Counted from the stretch's first letter, positions 10,153 to 19,584 are shown. The stretch is DNA of 56,614 nt from a virus (IMGVR_UViG_3300031774_000018:1-56614), one strand, 5' to 3'. Notes: generated from the sequence alone by a model not told the origin. Translations and numbers: made by a program.

Positions 10153-10502
10153 TGTCTGATATAGTTGCAGTAATAACCGAAGTCGGTTTTCCTATTGCAG
10201 CAGCCCTAGGTTTAGGGATGTTTGTATGGAAACTTATCAATAGAATTATTGATGGTATGGAAACTAAACTAGATACATTAGATGAGAAAGTTAAAACAAG
10301 TTTAGATACAATGGAAGAAAGAGTATCTACTAAATTAGACACTCAGTATGGTATTATTGTAAGCTTAATTGATAGGATAAGAGCCATGGATAATCAGAGC
10401 ATTAGACAAGATGTTCTTTTAAAAACATTATTAGGTGTACCAAGTATGATAGATACAGAGAAAATAGCAAAGGCAGATAGAGATGACCAAAGAAAAGATT
10501 GA
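10152..10502 (+). CDS. Single-pass membrane protein with coiled-coil tail (holin/YvrJ-like N-terminus)
   Basis: VGFPIAAALGLGMFVW TM segment followed by heptad-like region. Confidence 0.55.
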   Translation: MSDIVAVITEVGFPIAAALGLGMFVWKLINRIIDGMETKLDTLDEKVKTSLDTMEERVSTKLDTQYGIIVSLIDRIRAMDNQSIRQDVLLKTLLGVPSMIDTEKIAKADRDDQRKD

Positions 10503-10962
10503 TAATATTTGTTATGGATGCATGGCATTCTGGAGTATATTAGTTATGTTTATTTCAATACATAACTTATCGGCAGATGAGATGGTACATAAATTTAAAA
10601 GTCCTAGCTTTAGTGGTATAGGAACTTCTGCACATTATCTTACAATAGAGAACCAAGAGCATTTAAGAAAAATAACTATTAAAGAAGAGATTCAAGCTCT
10701 AAAGGACCAGATAGAAAGAGACAAAGAGAATACAACGCTTGCAAGATTTATAAGAAACTTAGAATCTAGAATATACGCACAGCTATCAAGACAGTTAGTA
10801 GAAAATTTATTTGGAGAAACTCCTAGTGATAGTGGTATATTAACTTTAGAGGGCAATACAATCGAGTATAGTGTTGTCGATGGAATAATAACTTTAACAA
10901 TTACGGATTCAGATGGTAACACTACGACTATATCTTTGCCTATCGGTAGCTTTACTTTTTAG
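10483..10962 (+). CDS. csgF: Curli assembly protein CsgF-like
   Basis: Signal peptide then ADEMVHKFKSPSFSG (CsgF N-terminal FxxPxFxG motif) and FIRNLESRIYAQLS; directly upstream of csgG. Confidence 0.85.
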   Translation: MTKEKIDNICYGCMAFWSILVMFISIHNLSADEMVHKFKSPSFSGIGTSAHYLTIENQEHLRKITIKEEIQALKDQIERDKENTTLARFIRNLESRIYAQLSRQLVENLFGETPSDSGILTLEGNTIEYSVVDGIITLTITDSDGNTTTISLPIGSFTF

Positions 10963-11770
10963 TGGCTGTGCAGTTTTAAATAATAACAGCGATTTAGTTT
11001 TAACAAAAAAGATACAGACACCTACAATTTTAGAATTACAGTCTAAAGAATTGTATGAATTACCGGCTGCCAAACAAAGACCTATCATTGCAGTATATGC
11101 AAATAGCTTTCAAGATTTAACAGGACAAAGAAAAAGCAATAGCAGCTTTGCTTTATTTAGTACAGCAGTTACTCAAGCACCAGAAGCTTTACTTATAAGA
11201 GCTTTAAAACATGCTGCTAACGGACAATTTTTTAGAGTTGTTGAAAGAGTAGGATTAGATAATCTTACCAAAGAACGACAACTAGTAAGGTCAACCAGAG
11301 AAAATTTTGAGGAAGATGCAAAGCTTCAACCTTTATTATTTGCAGGTCTTATAATACAAGGTGGAGTAATTAGCTACGACACAAATATTGAAACTGGTGG
11401 TGTTGGTGCTAGGTACTTAGGAATAGGTAGTAGCAAGCAATACAGGGAAGATGTAGTAACTATATCATTAAGATTAGTTTCTGTATCGACTGGTGAAATA
11501 TTAATGGAGACTACAGTTTCTAAAAATATTTTATCAACAAGCATCTCTCAGGATGCATTTCGTTTTATTGAAATGGGCACCGAGCTCGTGGAAATAGAAG
11601 GGGGTATAGCTGAGAATGAGGCTGGTTCTATAGCTTTGCAAAAGGCAATAGAGTCAGGTGTATTTAATTTAATTGAAATAGGAATAGAAAGAGGGTATTG
11701 GGAATATGAAACATTTGAAATTAATGAGCCTAGTTGTGATGTTGACTGCATTGACGACATACGGGGCTGA
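10913..11770 (+). CDS. csgG: Curli secretion channel CsgG (outer-membrane lipoprotein)
   Basis: Lipobox LFSGC; FQDLTGQRK, FSTAVTQ, FRVVERVGLDNLTKERQLVR and TGGVGARYLGIG motifs typical of CsgG. Confidence 0.93.
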   Translation: MVTLRLYLCLSVALLFSGCAVLNNNSDLVLTKKIQTPTILELQSKELYELPAAKQRPIIAVYANSFQDLTGQRKSNSSFALFSTAVTQAPEALLIRALKHAANGQFFRVVERVGLDNLTKERQLVRSTRENFEEDAKLQPLLFAGLIIQGGVISYDTNIETGGVGARYLGIGSSKQYREDVVTISLRLVSVSTGEILMETTVSKNILSTSISQDAFRFIEMGTELVEIEGGIAENEAGSIALQKAIESGVFNLIEIGIERGYWEYETFEINEPSCDVDCIDDIRG

Positions 11771-12422
11771 TAACGAAATATATATTGACCAGTCAGGAGA
11801 CACAGCTAATATAGATTTAGAACAATTAGGTTCTGCTAATATTATAGGTGGCTTACAGTCTACAGCAGGTAATATGACACCATTGGATTTAGATGGTAGC
11901 ACTTTAACTCTTGACATTAACCAAATTGGAGATAGTAATAAATTCTTAGGAGATATCTTAGGAGATAATATTACAGCTTGGTTTGAGTTTGATGGCAACA
12001 GTAATGAATTTACTATACAGGTTGACCCGACTGATACCTATGGTGCAGATAGTTCAGACTTTAATGTCGATGTTACTGGAGATAGTAATGACTTTACATT
12101 AGATGTAGCAACAAGCTCTATGGCAAGTAATACTGACTTAGACTGGATTATTAATGGAAGTAGTAACACATTAGACTTTGATATAAATTATGATGGTGGT
12201 ACTTCTTATGTTGATGTTGATGGAGATAGTAATACTGTTACCTTTACAGGTAGTGGATATGCTGGTGGTTATTTTTATCTTGACCAAACTGGCGATTCAA
12301 GAACTTTCAATATACAACAACTGAGCACTTTAGATAATGACTGGCTTAAAATTCAATCGACTGGCGATTCTGGTACTGTTTGTGTTATCCAAAACGATGG
12401 TGGCACAAGCGTCGGATGCTAG
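11706..12422 (+). CDS. Secreted curlin-like beta-repeat protein
   Basis: Signal peptide; recurring I-x-Q-x-G-x-x-N / G-D-S-N repeats; D/N/S/T/G-rich; follows csgFG. Confidence 0.65.
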   Translation: MKHLKLMSLVVMLTALTTYGADNEIYIDQSGDTANIDLEQLGSANIIGGLQSTAGNMTPLDLDGSTLTLDINQIGDSNKFLGDILGDNITAWFEFDGNSNEFTIQVDPTDTYGADSSDFNVDVTGDSNDFTLDVATSSMASNTDLDWIINGSSNTLDFDINYDGGTSYVDVDGDSNTVTFTGSGYAGGYFYLDQTGDSRTFNIQQLSTLDNDWLKIQSTGDSGTVCVIQNDGGTSVGC

Positions 12423-13449
12423 TATAGGAAATATAACTGAGTTAAAAGGAGAAGGCAGAGTAGTAAGGGAACAAGCTCCTTATGATGCTGCCTTATCTTT
12501 AGATATAGAAAGCTATGATAATGTAGAAACTTCTAATGGAAGGATGGGTATTACCTTCCTTAACAATACACAAGTTCGCTTAACAGAACATTCAGAATTA
12601 GTTATTGACGAATTTATATATGACCCAAATCCATCTAAATCTAAGATGGCTCTTCAATTTACTAGTGGAACTGCAAGGTTTATCACAGGTAAATTAAATA
12701 ATATTAATAAAGAAAACATATCTATTAGTACGCCAAGTGCTAATGTTTCTATTAGAGGAACAGACTTCACCTTAACAGTTAATGAGCTAGGTGAATCTTT
12801 AATTATATTATTACCTAAAGCAGATGGTACCCCTAGTGGAGAAATCTTAGTAGCTACAGGAGCAGGAGAAGTAATTCTCAATAGACCTTATCAAGCTACG
12901 ACAGTTTCTATGTTTGAGACTGAACCATCTAAACCAGTTATATTAGATATAACTTTAAATTTAATAGACAATATGTTAATTGTCAATCCACCGGAGGAAA
13001 CAACAGATGTTTCTGGACAATATTCAGAAGCTGGTAGTAGTAATATACTTGATGTCGACTATCTTGAGTTTGAAGACCTTGATGTAGACTATCTTGTAAG
13101 TGATGATTTAGAATTTACAGAGTTAGATATAAATTATTTAGATGTAAATTTTCTTGAAGACCTTCTTGATATTATTGAAGATATAAATGAACTTGACCAA
13201 ACAGAAACGATGCTTCAAGCAGACCTAGACTTGAAAGGCACATCTATGGGTTTTGATTCTAATACTCAGGTTAATACTTTTACTACTGATAATGTTCTTA
13301 CATTTTTAAAATCATTAGAAGATACTATAAGATTAGATTTAGATAAGTCTGCTTCTTATACTGTTATCTTAATACAGAATGGAAAGAGCACACAGATTTT
13401 AGTCAATGGTGGAAGTTCCTCAACTATAAAAATTAAACAAAGTAATTAA
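12337..13449 (+). CDS. FecR-domain periplasmic protein
   Basis: Signal peptide; IGNITELKG...D.VET...TQVRLTEHSELVID...ISTPSANVSIRGTDF FecR-fold motifs; acidic C-terminal region. Confidence 0.85.
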   Translation: MTGLKFNRLAILVLFVLSKTMVAQASDASIGNITELKGEGRVVREQAPYDAALSLDIESYDNVETSNGRMGITFLNNTQVRLTEHSELVIDEFIYDPNPSKSKMALQFTSGTARFITGKLNNINKENISISTPSANVSIRGTDFTLTVNELGESLIILLPKADGTPSGEILVATGAGEVILNRPYQATTVSMFETEPSKPVILDITLNLIDNMLIVNPPEETTDVSGQYSEAGSSNILDVDYLEFEDLDVDYLVSDDLEFTELDINYLDVNFLEDLLDIIEDINELDQTETMLQADLDLKGTSMGFDSNTQVNTFTTDNVLTFLKSLEDTIRLDLDKSASYTVILIQNGKSTQILVNGGSSSTIKIKQSN

Positions 13450-13450
13450 A

Positions 13451-15259
13451 ATGAAATGGGCAATTACATTATTAGGGTTACTCACACTACCATTACTATT
13501 TAATTTTGGTCCTCTAGAAGTATTAAGACTTAAAACTTTTGATGCTCTTGTTACAACTCCAGAACCTAGTGGCTATTTTACAATACTTAATATAACAGAA
13601 GAAGATGTACAAGATAGAGGTGGCTATCCTTTTCCAAGACAGGACTTAGCTGAGATACATATAGACCTTTTAAATGAAGGAGCAACAGGAGTAGGATGGG
13701 TTATCCTTTTTCCACAGGCAGATAGGTTTGGTGGTGATGAAGCTTTTGCTGAGGCATTAAAATATAGAACAAGTATATTAGCTATGCCTGAATTTAATAA
13801 TGGTATTTACCCAGAAACTCATGGTACTGTTATACTTGGACCGGATGTAAACTTACCTAAAGCTTCCGGATTTTTAGAGAACATAGAAGAACTTACAGAG
13901 GTTGCAAGTCAAGGTGCTGTATCTGCACAAGTAGATGTAGATAATCTTATAAGAAGATTACCTTTATTACAGCAAACACCAGAAGGATGGGTGGCTTCTT
14001 TTGGTACAGAAGTTTTAAAAGGATTGGTTGAAGGTACAACTTATCAAATTAAAACAAATGAAAATGGTATAGAACAAATAAGAGTTAGAGGATTACCTCC
14101 TATATCTACAGATAGTTTAGGTCGTAAGTGGATTAGCTGGGTGGACACACCTCAAACTACATTAGAAGAAATGAATGTAGCAAATAAGTTTGTATTTGTT
14201 GGAGTTACTGCTGCTGGTGTAATGCCACAATTAGCTACACCAAATGGATTACTAGAGCCTCATAAGATACAAGCTGCTCTTGCAGAAAGTATTTTGATTG
14301 ACTCTCCTTCTATACCCGACTACAGATTATTTGTTGAATTATTTATATTATGCTTATCAGGATTATTAATAGCTTTCGTAATAAATTATTTTGGTATAAC
14401 CTTGGGTTTATTCTTAGCCGGAATGTCAATGCTATCGATAACTGGGGCAGGTTATTATTTTATATCGCTAGGATATTTAATTGATGTAACATGGAGTTTA
14501 ATAAGTATGACACTTATTGCAACTCAACAATTCTATTTAAACTTTAGAACTCAATTCAAACTCAGACAACAAATTAAAAAACAATTCGGAACTTACTTGT
14601 CTCCTGATATGGTTGCCATGCTTCAAAAGAATCCAGAGCTTTTAAAGTTAGGTGGAGAAAGAAAAGAAATGACATTCCTCTTTACAGATATCATGGGCTT
14701 TACTCCGGTATCAGAAGTCTTTAAAAATAATGATGACCCCGAAGGCTTAGTAGAATTAATTAATACTTATCTGGATAAGATGACAAAGATTATACTAGCT
14801 AATGGTGGGACCATTGATAAATATATGGGTGATTGTATCATGGCTTTCTGGAATGCTCCTCTACCTTGTGAGAATCATGCAGAGTTAGCAATTAAATCTG
14901 CTATAGAAATAGAAGAAGCTACATTAGAACTCAACAAACAATTTAAAGAACAAGGTTTAGACTTACCACCTATCAATGTAGGAACTGGTGTCAACTCTGG
15001 AACTTGTATTGTTGGTAATATGGGAAGTGAAACTAGATTTGATTATTCTGTTGTTGGGGATGCTGTAAACTTATCAGCTAGATTAGAAGCAACTGCTGGT
15101 AGAAATGATTACAAACAATGGAAGATTATTATATCTGAATATACTAAAGAGTTAGCAGAAGATTCTTTTGATTATGAAAAGATAGATAGTATCTTAGTTA
15201 AAGGTAAGTCAGAACCTATAACAATTTATTTCCCAAAACTCTTGACAAATAAGCAGTAG
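13451..15259 (+). CDS. CHASE2-domain class III adenylate cyclase
   Basis: N-terminal TM, CHASE2 (GGYPFPR, DVDNLIRRLPL), 3 TM, cyclase motifs FTDIMGFT, IDKYMGDCIMAFW, DYSVVGDAVNLSARLE. Confidence 0.93.
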   Translation: MKWAITLLGLLTLPLLFNFGPLEVLRLKTFDALVTTPEPSGYFTILNITEEDVQDRGGYPFPRQDLAEIHIDLLNEGATGVGWVILFPQADRFGGDEAFAEALKYRTSILAMPEFNNGIYPETHGTVILGPDVNLPKASGFLENIEELTEVASQGAVSAQVDVDNLIRRLPLLQQTPEGWVASFGTEVLKGLVEGTTYQIKTNENGIEQIRVRGLPPISTDSLGRKWISWVDTPQTTLEEMNVANKFVFVGVTAAGVMPQLATPNGLLEPHKIQAALAESILIDSPSIPDYRLFVELFILCLSGLLIAFVINYFGITLGLFLAGMSMLSITGAGYYFISLGYLIDVTWSLISMTLIATQQFYLNFRTQFKLRQQIKKQFGTYLSPDMVAMLQKNPELLKLGGERKEMTFLFTDIMGFTPVSEVFKNNDDPEGLVELINTYLDKMTKIILANGGTIDKYMGDCIMAFWNAPLPCENHAELAIKSAIEIEEATLELNKQFKEQGLDLPPINVGTGVNSGTCIVGNMGSETRFDYSVVGDAVNLSARLEATAGRNDYKQWKIIISEYTKELAEDSFDYEKIDSILVKGKSEPITIYFPKLLTNKQ

Positions 15260-15269
15260 ACTATATACT
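15242..15269 (+). promoter_or_regulatory. sigma70-type promoter for hsp20
   Basis: TTGACA-N16-TATACT. Confidence 0.65.
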
Positions 15270-15302
15270 ATAATAAGAGTGTGCGAAAGGTCGGCACTCA
15301 TG

Positions 15303-15323
15303 AACTTGCTTTAACAAGGAGTT
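15303..15323 (+). promoter_or_regulatory. ROSE-like RNA thermometer hairpin over the hsp20 RBS
   Basis: AACUU-G-CUU/UAAC/AAGGAGUU: UUGCU motif with bulged G pairing to the AGGAG SD. Confidence 0.7.
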
Positions 15324-15326
15324 AAT

Positions 15327-15740
15327 ATGACAAACATAAAAGCATTTGGACAATTCAGTCCGTTCTCAGTTGGGTTTGATGAAATGTTTAATACATTACA
15401 AAGAGCATCAATACCTAAATCAAACTATCCACCTTACAATATTCTTAAAAAAGGTGAGACATATTTTATTGAAATAGCAATGGCAGGATTTAGTAAGTCC
15501 GATATTGATATTGAAATAGAAGATAATACTTTAACTGTATCTGCATGCTATGGAGATAGAGAAGATGATATAGAATTTATTCATAAAGGAATTTCTGAAA
15601 GGGAATTTTGGAAATCATTTGCTCTAGCTGAGTATGTTGAAGTTAAAAAAGCTAAGGTTGCTGATGGAATATTACTTATCGAACTAAGTAAAAACATTCC
15701 AGACGAGCAAAAGCCTAAGAAAATTAAAATTTCTGGGTAA
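15327..15740 (+). CDS. Small heat shock protein Hsp20 (IbpA-like)
   Basis: NYPPYNI, IEIAMAGF, HKGISEREF, DGILLIEL..IPDEQKPKKIKI alpha-crystallin motifs. Confidence 0.95.
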   Translation: MTNIKAFGQFSPFSVGFDEMFNTLQRASIPKSNYPPYNILKKGETYFIEIAMAGFSKSDIDIEIEDNTLTVSACYGDREDDIEFIHKGISEREFWKSFALAEYVEVKKAKVADGILLIELSKNIPDEQKPKKIKISG

Positions 15741-15775
15741 AAATAGCTAAATGCTATCAGAGCCACACACAAGCT

Positions 15776-15839
15776 CGTGGTTGAATTTTATGTCTTTCTG
15801 GACATAAGGTATTACTTAACAGCTCTTCGTTCAACCACG
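15776..15839. terminator. Structured element at the convergence of the two transcription units
   Basis: CGTGGTTGAA/TTCAACCACG 10-bp inverted repeat enclosing TTATGTC/GACATAA hairpin. Confidence 0.45.
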
Positions 15840-15864
15840 GGCATTCTGTGATGTCGTTTTTCAA

Positions 15865-16089
15865 TTAGTCAGTCATTTTCCTAGCATTTATATGATTTTC
15901 TATATCAGAGTGTATCGCATCTAATTTTGCTGTACCTTCTCTCATAATTACCTGTAATAATTCATACTCATACTTCTTTAAAAACTTTTTTAACTTAGTA
16001 ATATCAGTTGTAGTTCTTTCTGTTATTAATTGTCCTGACTTATTGTATAGGAATTTATATCCTAATAGGACAGCTTCCTTCTTTTTCAT
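15865..16089 (-). CDS. Hypothetical protein
   Basis: 74-aa ORF with ATGA coupling to the upstream gene. Confidence 0.65.
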   Translation of the reverse strand: MKKKEAVLLGYKFLYNKSGQLITERTTTDITKLKKFLKKYEYELLQVIMREGTAKLDAIHSDIENHINARKMTD

Positions 16090-16493
16090 AATTGTTTCCT
16101 TAATTTAGTTGTACTAAAATTGTGTTTTCTTTTATTGTAATAAACATCTATACCTCTTTGCTTACAGATATCTCTACCAGTAAATAGTTCTTCTTTATAT
16201 TCTTCCCCAATTATTCTCACATCAATAGGTAGTGTATTAAATATATCTTCTAATTCTTTTTCTGTATGATATACTATTGTATCATCTACCCACTTAACAG
16301 CTTTGACTTGGAGTTGTCTTTCAACAATACTTTGAACTGGCTTATGTTTGTTAGGTCTATCAGTTGAGGGGTCTGTTTGTATAGCGACTAATAAATAATC
16401 ACAAATCTCTTTAGCCTCTTCAAACATTACAACATGTCCTGCATGAAGTAAATCAAAAGCACCACATGTTATTCCTCTAATCATCATCTTCAC
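16086..16493 (-). CDS. Cytidylyltransferase (TagD/glycerol-3-phosphate cytidylyltransferase-like)
   Basis: GAFDLLHAGH (HxGH), ER...VKWVD, R.HNFSTT motifs. Confidence 0.88.
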   Translation of the reverse strand: MKMMIRGITCGAFDLLHAGHVVMFEEAKEICDYLLVAIQTDPSTDRPNKHKPVQSIVERQLQVKAVKWVDDTIVYHTEKELEDIFNTLPIDVRIIGEEYKEELFTGRDICKQRGIDVYYNKRKHNFSTTKLRKQL

Positions 16494-17460
16494 TTAGACT
16501 AGCAAATGATATGGTATCTTGTCTTCCTCTAAGACCTGCCTTCATATAAGTTGTAGCTCTTCCTTCAAAGAAGTTCTGATGTTCTACTCCCATAACTTCA
16601 TCAATCCATTCTAACGGATTTTCTCTTTGGTCATAGTTTGTTTTCAATCCTAATTGAAGTAGTCTTCTATCAGCTATGTATCTATTATAAGCATACATAT
16701 CTTTCTTAGTTAATCCCGGCAAGTCTCCCATCTCAAATACTAAATCAAGAAACTTATCTTCAAGCTTAACCATCTGTCTACAGATTTCATATATCTCTTT
16801 CTTAAAATCATCAGTCCATATATCTGTGTTCTCTTTTATAAATTCTCTAAAGAGTTTAGTCATAGCTTCAACATGTAATGATTCATCACGAATAGAATAA
16901 GTAACTATCTGTCCCATACCTTTCATCTTTCCAAATCTTGGGAAGTTTAATAGGATAGCAAAGCTACTAAATAATTGTAGTCCTTCTGTAAAAGCTGAAT
17001 AGACTGCTAAAGTTTTAGCAATATTTCTTTTGTTAGATTTAGTTGGTTTAAACTTACTAACATAATCATGCTTGTCTGCCATCTCTTCGTAGTCAGCAAA
17101 AGCTTTATACTCTATATCAGGCATCCCTACTGTATCAAGTAATAAACTGTAGGCATGTTGGTGTATTGATTCCATATTAGCAAATGAACTCATCATCATT
17201 CTTGCCTCTGGTTTTTTAAACATAGGCATATACTTATCTATATATCCACTAGCAACATCAACATCAGATTGTGTGAACAGTCTGAATATTTGAGTAAGTA
17301 AATTCTTTTCTACATCTGTAAGTTCTTGCCAGTCTTTTACATCTGTGTGTAGTGGTACAGATTCCGGCATCCAATGCATTTGATTCTGTAATACATAGTA
17401 ATCAAACATCCATGGATATTCAAATGGTTTATAGTAATCTCTCGTTCCCAATAAGCTCAT
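16477..17460 (-). CDS. nrdB: Ribonucleotide reductase class I beta subunit
   Basis: YKPFEYPW, ESIHQHAYS, EGLQLFSSF, RDESLH, NFFE motifs. Confidence 0.96.
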   Translation of the reverse strand: MSLLGTRDYYKPFEYPWMFDYYVLQNQMHWMPESVPLHTDVKDWQELTDVEKNLLTQIFRLFTQSDVDVASGYIDKYMPMFKKPEARMMMSSFANMESIHQHAYSLLLDTVGMPDIEYKAFADYEEMADKHDYVSKFKPTKSNKRNIAKTLAVYSAFTEGLQLFSSFAILLNFPRFGKMKGMGQIVTYSIRDESLHVEAMTKLFREFIKENTDIWTDDFKKEIYEICRQMVKLEDKFLDLVFEMGDLPGLTKKDMYAYNRYIADRRLLQLGLKTNYDQRENPLEWIDEVMGVEHQNFFEGRATTYMKAGLRGRQDTISFASLSEDDD

Positions 17461-17656
17461 GGTAATCCTCCTGTAATGTTTTTAATTTTTCTTTTGCTTC
17501 TGTATATTTACTGAACACTTGTTCCACACTTTCTACTAAGTTAGGATGGTCAGCAACTCCTGCTGAGTTTGTAAAGTATAATTTTAAATTAACTTTAGCT
17601 TCTTGTAACTCAGCTTTATATTTTAATATCAACGCTTCGTATAATTCCTTATTCAT
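17429..17656 (-). CDS. Hypothetical protein
   Basis: 75 aa between nrdA and nrdB; AGGAG RBS; GVADHPNLVES segment. Confidence 0.7.
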   Translation of the reverse strand: MNKELYEALILKYKAELQEAKVNLKLYFTNSAGVADHPNLVESVEQVFSKYTEAKEKLKTLQEDYHELIGNERLL

Positions 17657-17664
17657 AATTCTCC

Positions 17665-19584
17665 TTAGCCTTCACAGGCAATACATTCCACTTCATCTAA
17701 CTTTATTCTTGGAACTTTAATATTTACATTCTCTACATTTCTAGCTGCATTAGACCTAAAGTAGTAGAGTGATTTAAGTTTATTCATACCATACCAATGA
17801 ACATCATTAACATACTGCATATATTCATCATGTATAGATTGTTCTTCTGTTGCTTTAGGTAAAGTAAAGAACAGATTAACTGACTGTGCTTGGCATATAT
17901 ATTGTTGTCTTTGATACGCATGTTCAACTACCCATATCTGATTTAATTCATTAGCTGTTTTAAATATTTCTTTCTCTTCGTCAGTAAGAATATCAAGATG
18001 TTGAACTGAACCTTCTTTAGCTGATATGTCTTTCCAAATTTCTTCAAGTTCTTTTACCTTTAATCCTTTTGACTTTAATATTTTTTCTAAGTATTTGTTT
18101 TTAACTTGGTAACTACCTGATAAAGTTTTGTGTGTATATGCATTAGCACGATAAGGCTCAATGCTAGGGGAAGTCCCACTACAAATAATCCCAGAGCTAG
18201 CATTAGGAGCAATAGCAAGGAGGTGAGCATTACGCTTGTGCCCACGAGGTAGGTCAGGACATTCACCCCGTAGTTCAGAAAGTTTCCTAGTAGCATCATC
18301 GGCATTTGTTTTGATGTGCGAAAACGCTTTATGATTAAAGCTAGTGGCAAATAAACCTTCAAACGATATATCCTTAGACTGTAAGTAAGCATGGAATCCC
18401 ATTGCTCCCAAGCCCAACGACCTTTCCCTATAAGCAGAGTATGCAGATTTTGCATAACCTTCTTTACCTTCTCGTATATAATTTTTAAACCTTTTAAAAT
18501 TTGCACCATAACCTCCTAGCTGTGATGTGTCTACTGCATTCTCAATATAATGTTCTATTACATTGTCAAGCATAGTTATTAAATCTTCAATGAACTGAGT
18601 ATCTTTGGACCAATCATCAAAGTATTCTAAATTAACAGAAGATAAACAACATACTGCTGTCCTTTCTTCATTGGTAGCAAGAGTTATCTCTGAACATAAA
18701 TTACTTTGTCTTATCTTTAATCCTAAATCTTGTTGTTCTTTAGGTAAAGCATCATTACATGTGTCTATGTTTATCATATAAGGCTCACCTGTTTCTGCTC
18801 TAGCATTTATTATCTGCCACCATAAATCTCTAGCATTAATTATCTTAACAGCCTTATTAGTTTTAGGGTCAATCAATCTCCAATCTTCATCATTCTCTAC
18901 AGCTTGTAGAAAAGAATTAGTTATGTTAATTCCATTGTGTAGATTTAAACATTTTCTATTTATATCTCCACCAGATTCTTTACGCATGTTTATAAACTCT
19001 TCAATCTCTGGGTGAGATATATCTAAGTATGCTGCATAACTTCCTCGTCTTGTAGTGCCTTGATTAAAGGCTAGCATTTGTGAATCTACAACATGCATGA
19101 AGGGGATTGAACCAGTAGAACGACTACCATGAGTAGTAGGTATACCATTACTCCTAACATCTCCCCAATATCCACCAATACCTCCACCTGAACTTGCCAA
19201 CCATATATTCTCGTCATAGTGAGAAGATAAACCATCCCTACTATCAGGAACATAATTAAGGAAGCAACTGATAGGAAGCCCACGAGTTGTTCCCCCGTTA
19301 CTAAGTATAGGAGTGCTAAACATGAACCAACAGTTGGAACTGTAGCTATAAAGTCTTTGAGCCATTTCATAATCTGTTTTCCCCTTATATGTTGCACCAA
19401 AAACTGATGCTCTTGCGAATGCTTCTTGGGCATGTGTCTCACCATTCCAGAAGTATCTATCTTTTAATGTATCTAAACTGAATTTATCAAATTCGTTTTC
19501 CTTATCATAATCTATTTCTATTCCTAAGTATTGTTTCTTTCCAATCTTATCTTCCAACATCATTGTCATTCTCCTTTTTGTCAT
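17665..19584 (-). CDS. nrdA: Ribonucleotide reductase class I alpha subunit (no ATP cone)
   Basis: FSTPILSN, PISCFL, SNLCSEI, AIAPNASS, KSLYY and C-terminal CIACEG; true start probably near 19560. Confidence 0.96.
   Translation of the reverse strand: MTKRRMTMMLEDKIGKKQYLGIEIDYDKENEFDKFSLDTLKDRYFWNGETHAQEAFARASVFGATYKGKTDYEMAQRLYSYSSNCWFMFSTPILSNGGTTRGLPISCFLNYVPDSRDGLSSHYDENIWLASSGGGIGGYWGDVRSNGIPTTHGSRSTGSIPFMHVVDSQMLAFNQGTTRRGSYAAYLDISHPEIEEFINMRKESGGDINRKCLNLHNGINITNSFLQAVENDEDWRLIDPKTNKAVKIINARDLWWQIINARAETGEPYMINIDTCNDALPKEQQDLGLKIRQSNLCSEITLATNEERTAVCCLSSVNLEYFDDWSKDTQFIEDLITMLDNVIEHYIENAVDTSQLGGYGANFKRFKNYIREGKEGYAKSAYSAYRERSLGLGAMGFHAYLQSKDISFEGLFATSFNHKAFSHIKTNADDATRKLSELRGECPDLPRGHKRNAHLLAIAPNASSGIICSGTSPSIEPYRANAYTHKTLSGSYQVKNKYLEKILKSKGLKVKELEEIWKDISAKEGSVQHLDILTDEEKEIFKTANELNQIWVVEHAYQRQQYICQAQSVNLFFTLPKATEEQSIHDEYMQYVNDVHWYGMNKLKSLYYFRSNAARNVENVNIKVPRIKLDEVECIACEG

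Noticed and set aside
4438-12881. Several 60-125 aa minus-strand ORFs inside late genes (e.g. 4438, 5362, 8502, 9234, 10692, 11669, 12654)
   Set aside because: Antisense to well-supported genes, no RBS or motifs; same reasoning applies to similar shadows elsewhere.
18087-19445. Same-strand alternative-frame ORFs inside nrdA
   Set aside because: nrdA is continuous with all motifs; no sign of intron, intein or homing endonuclease.
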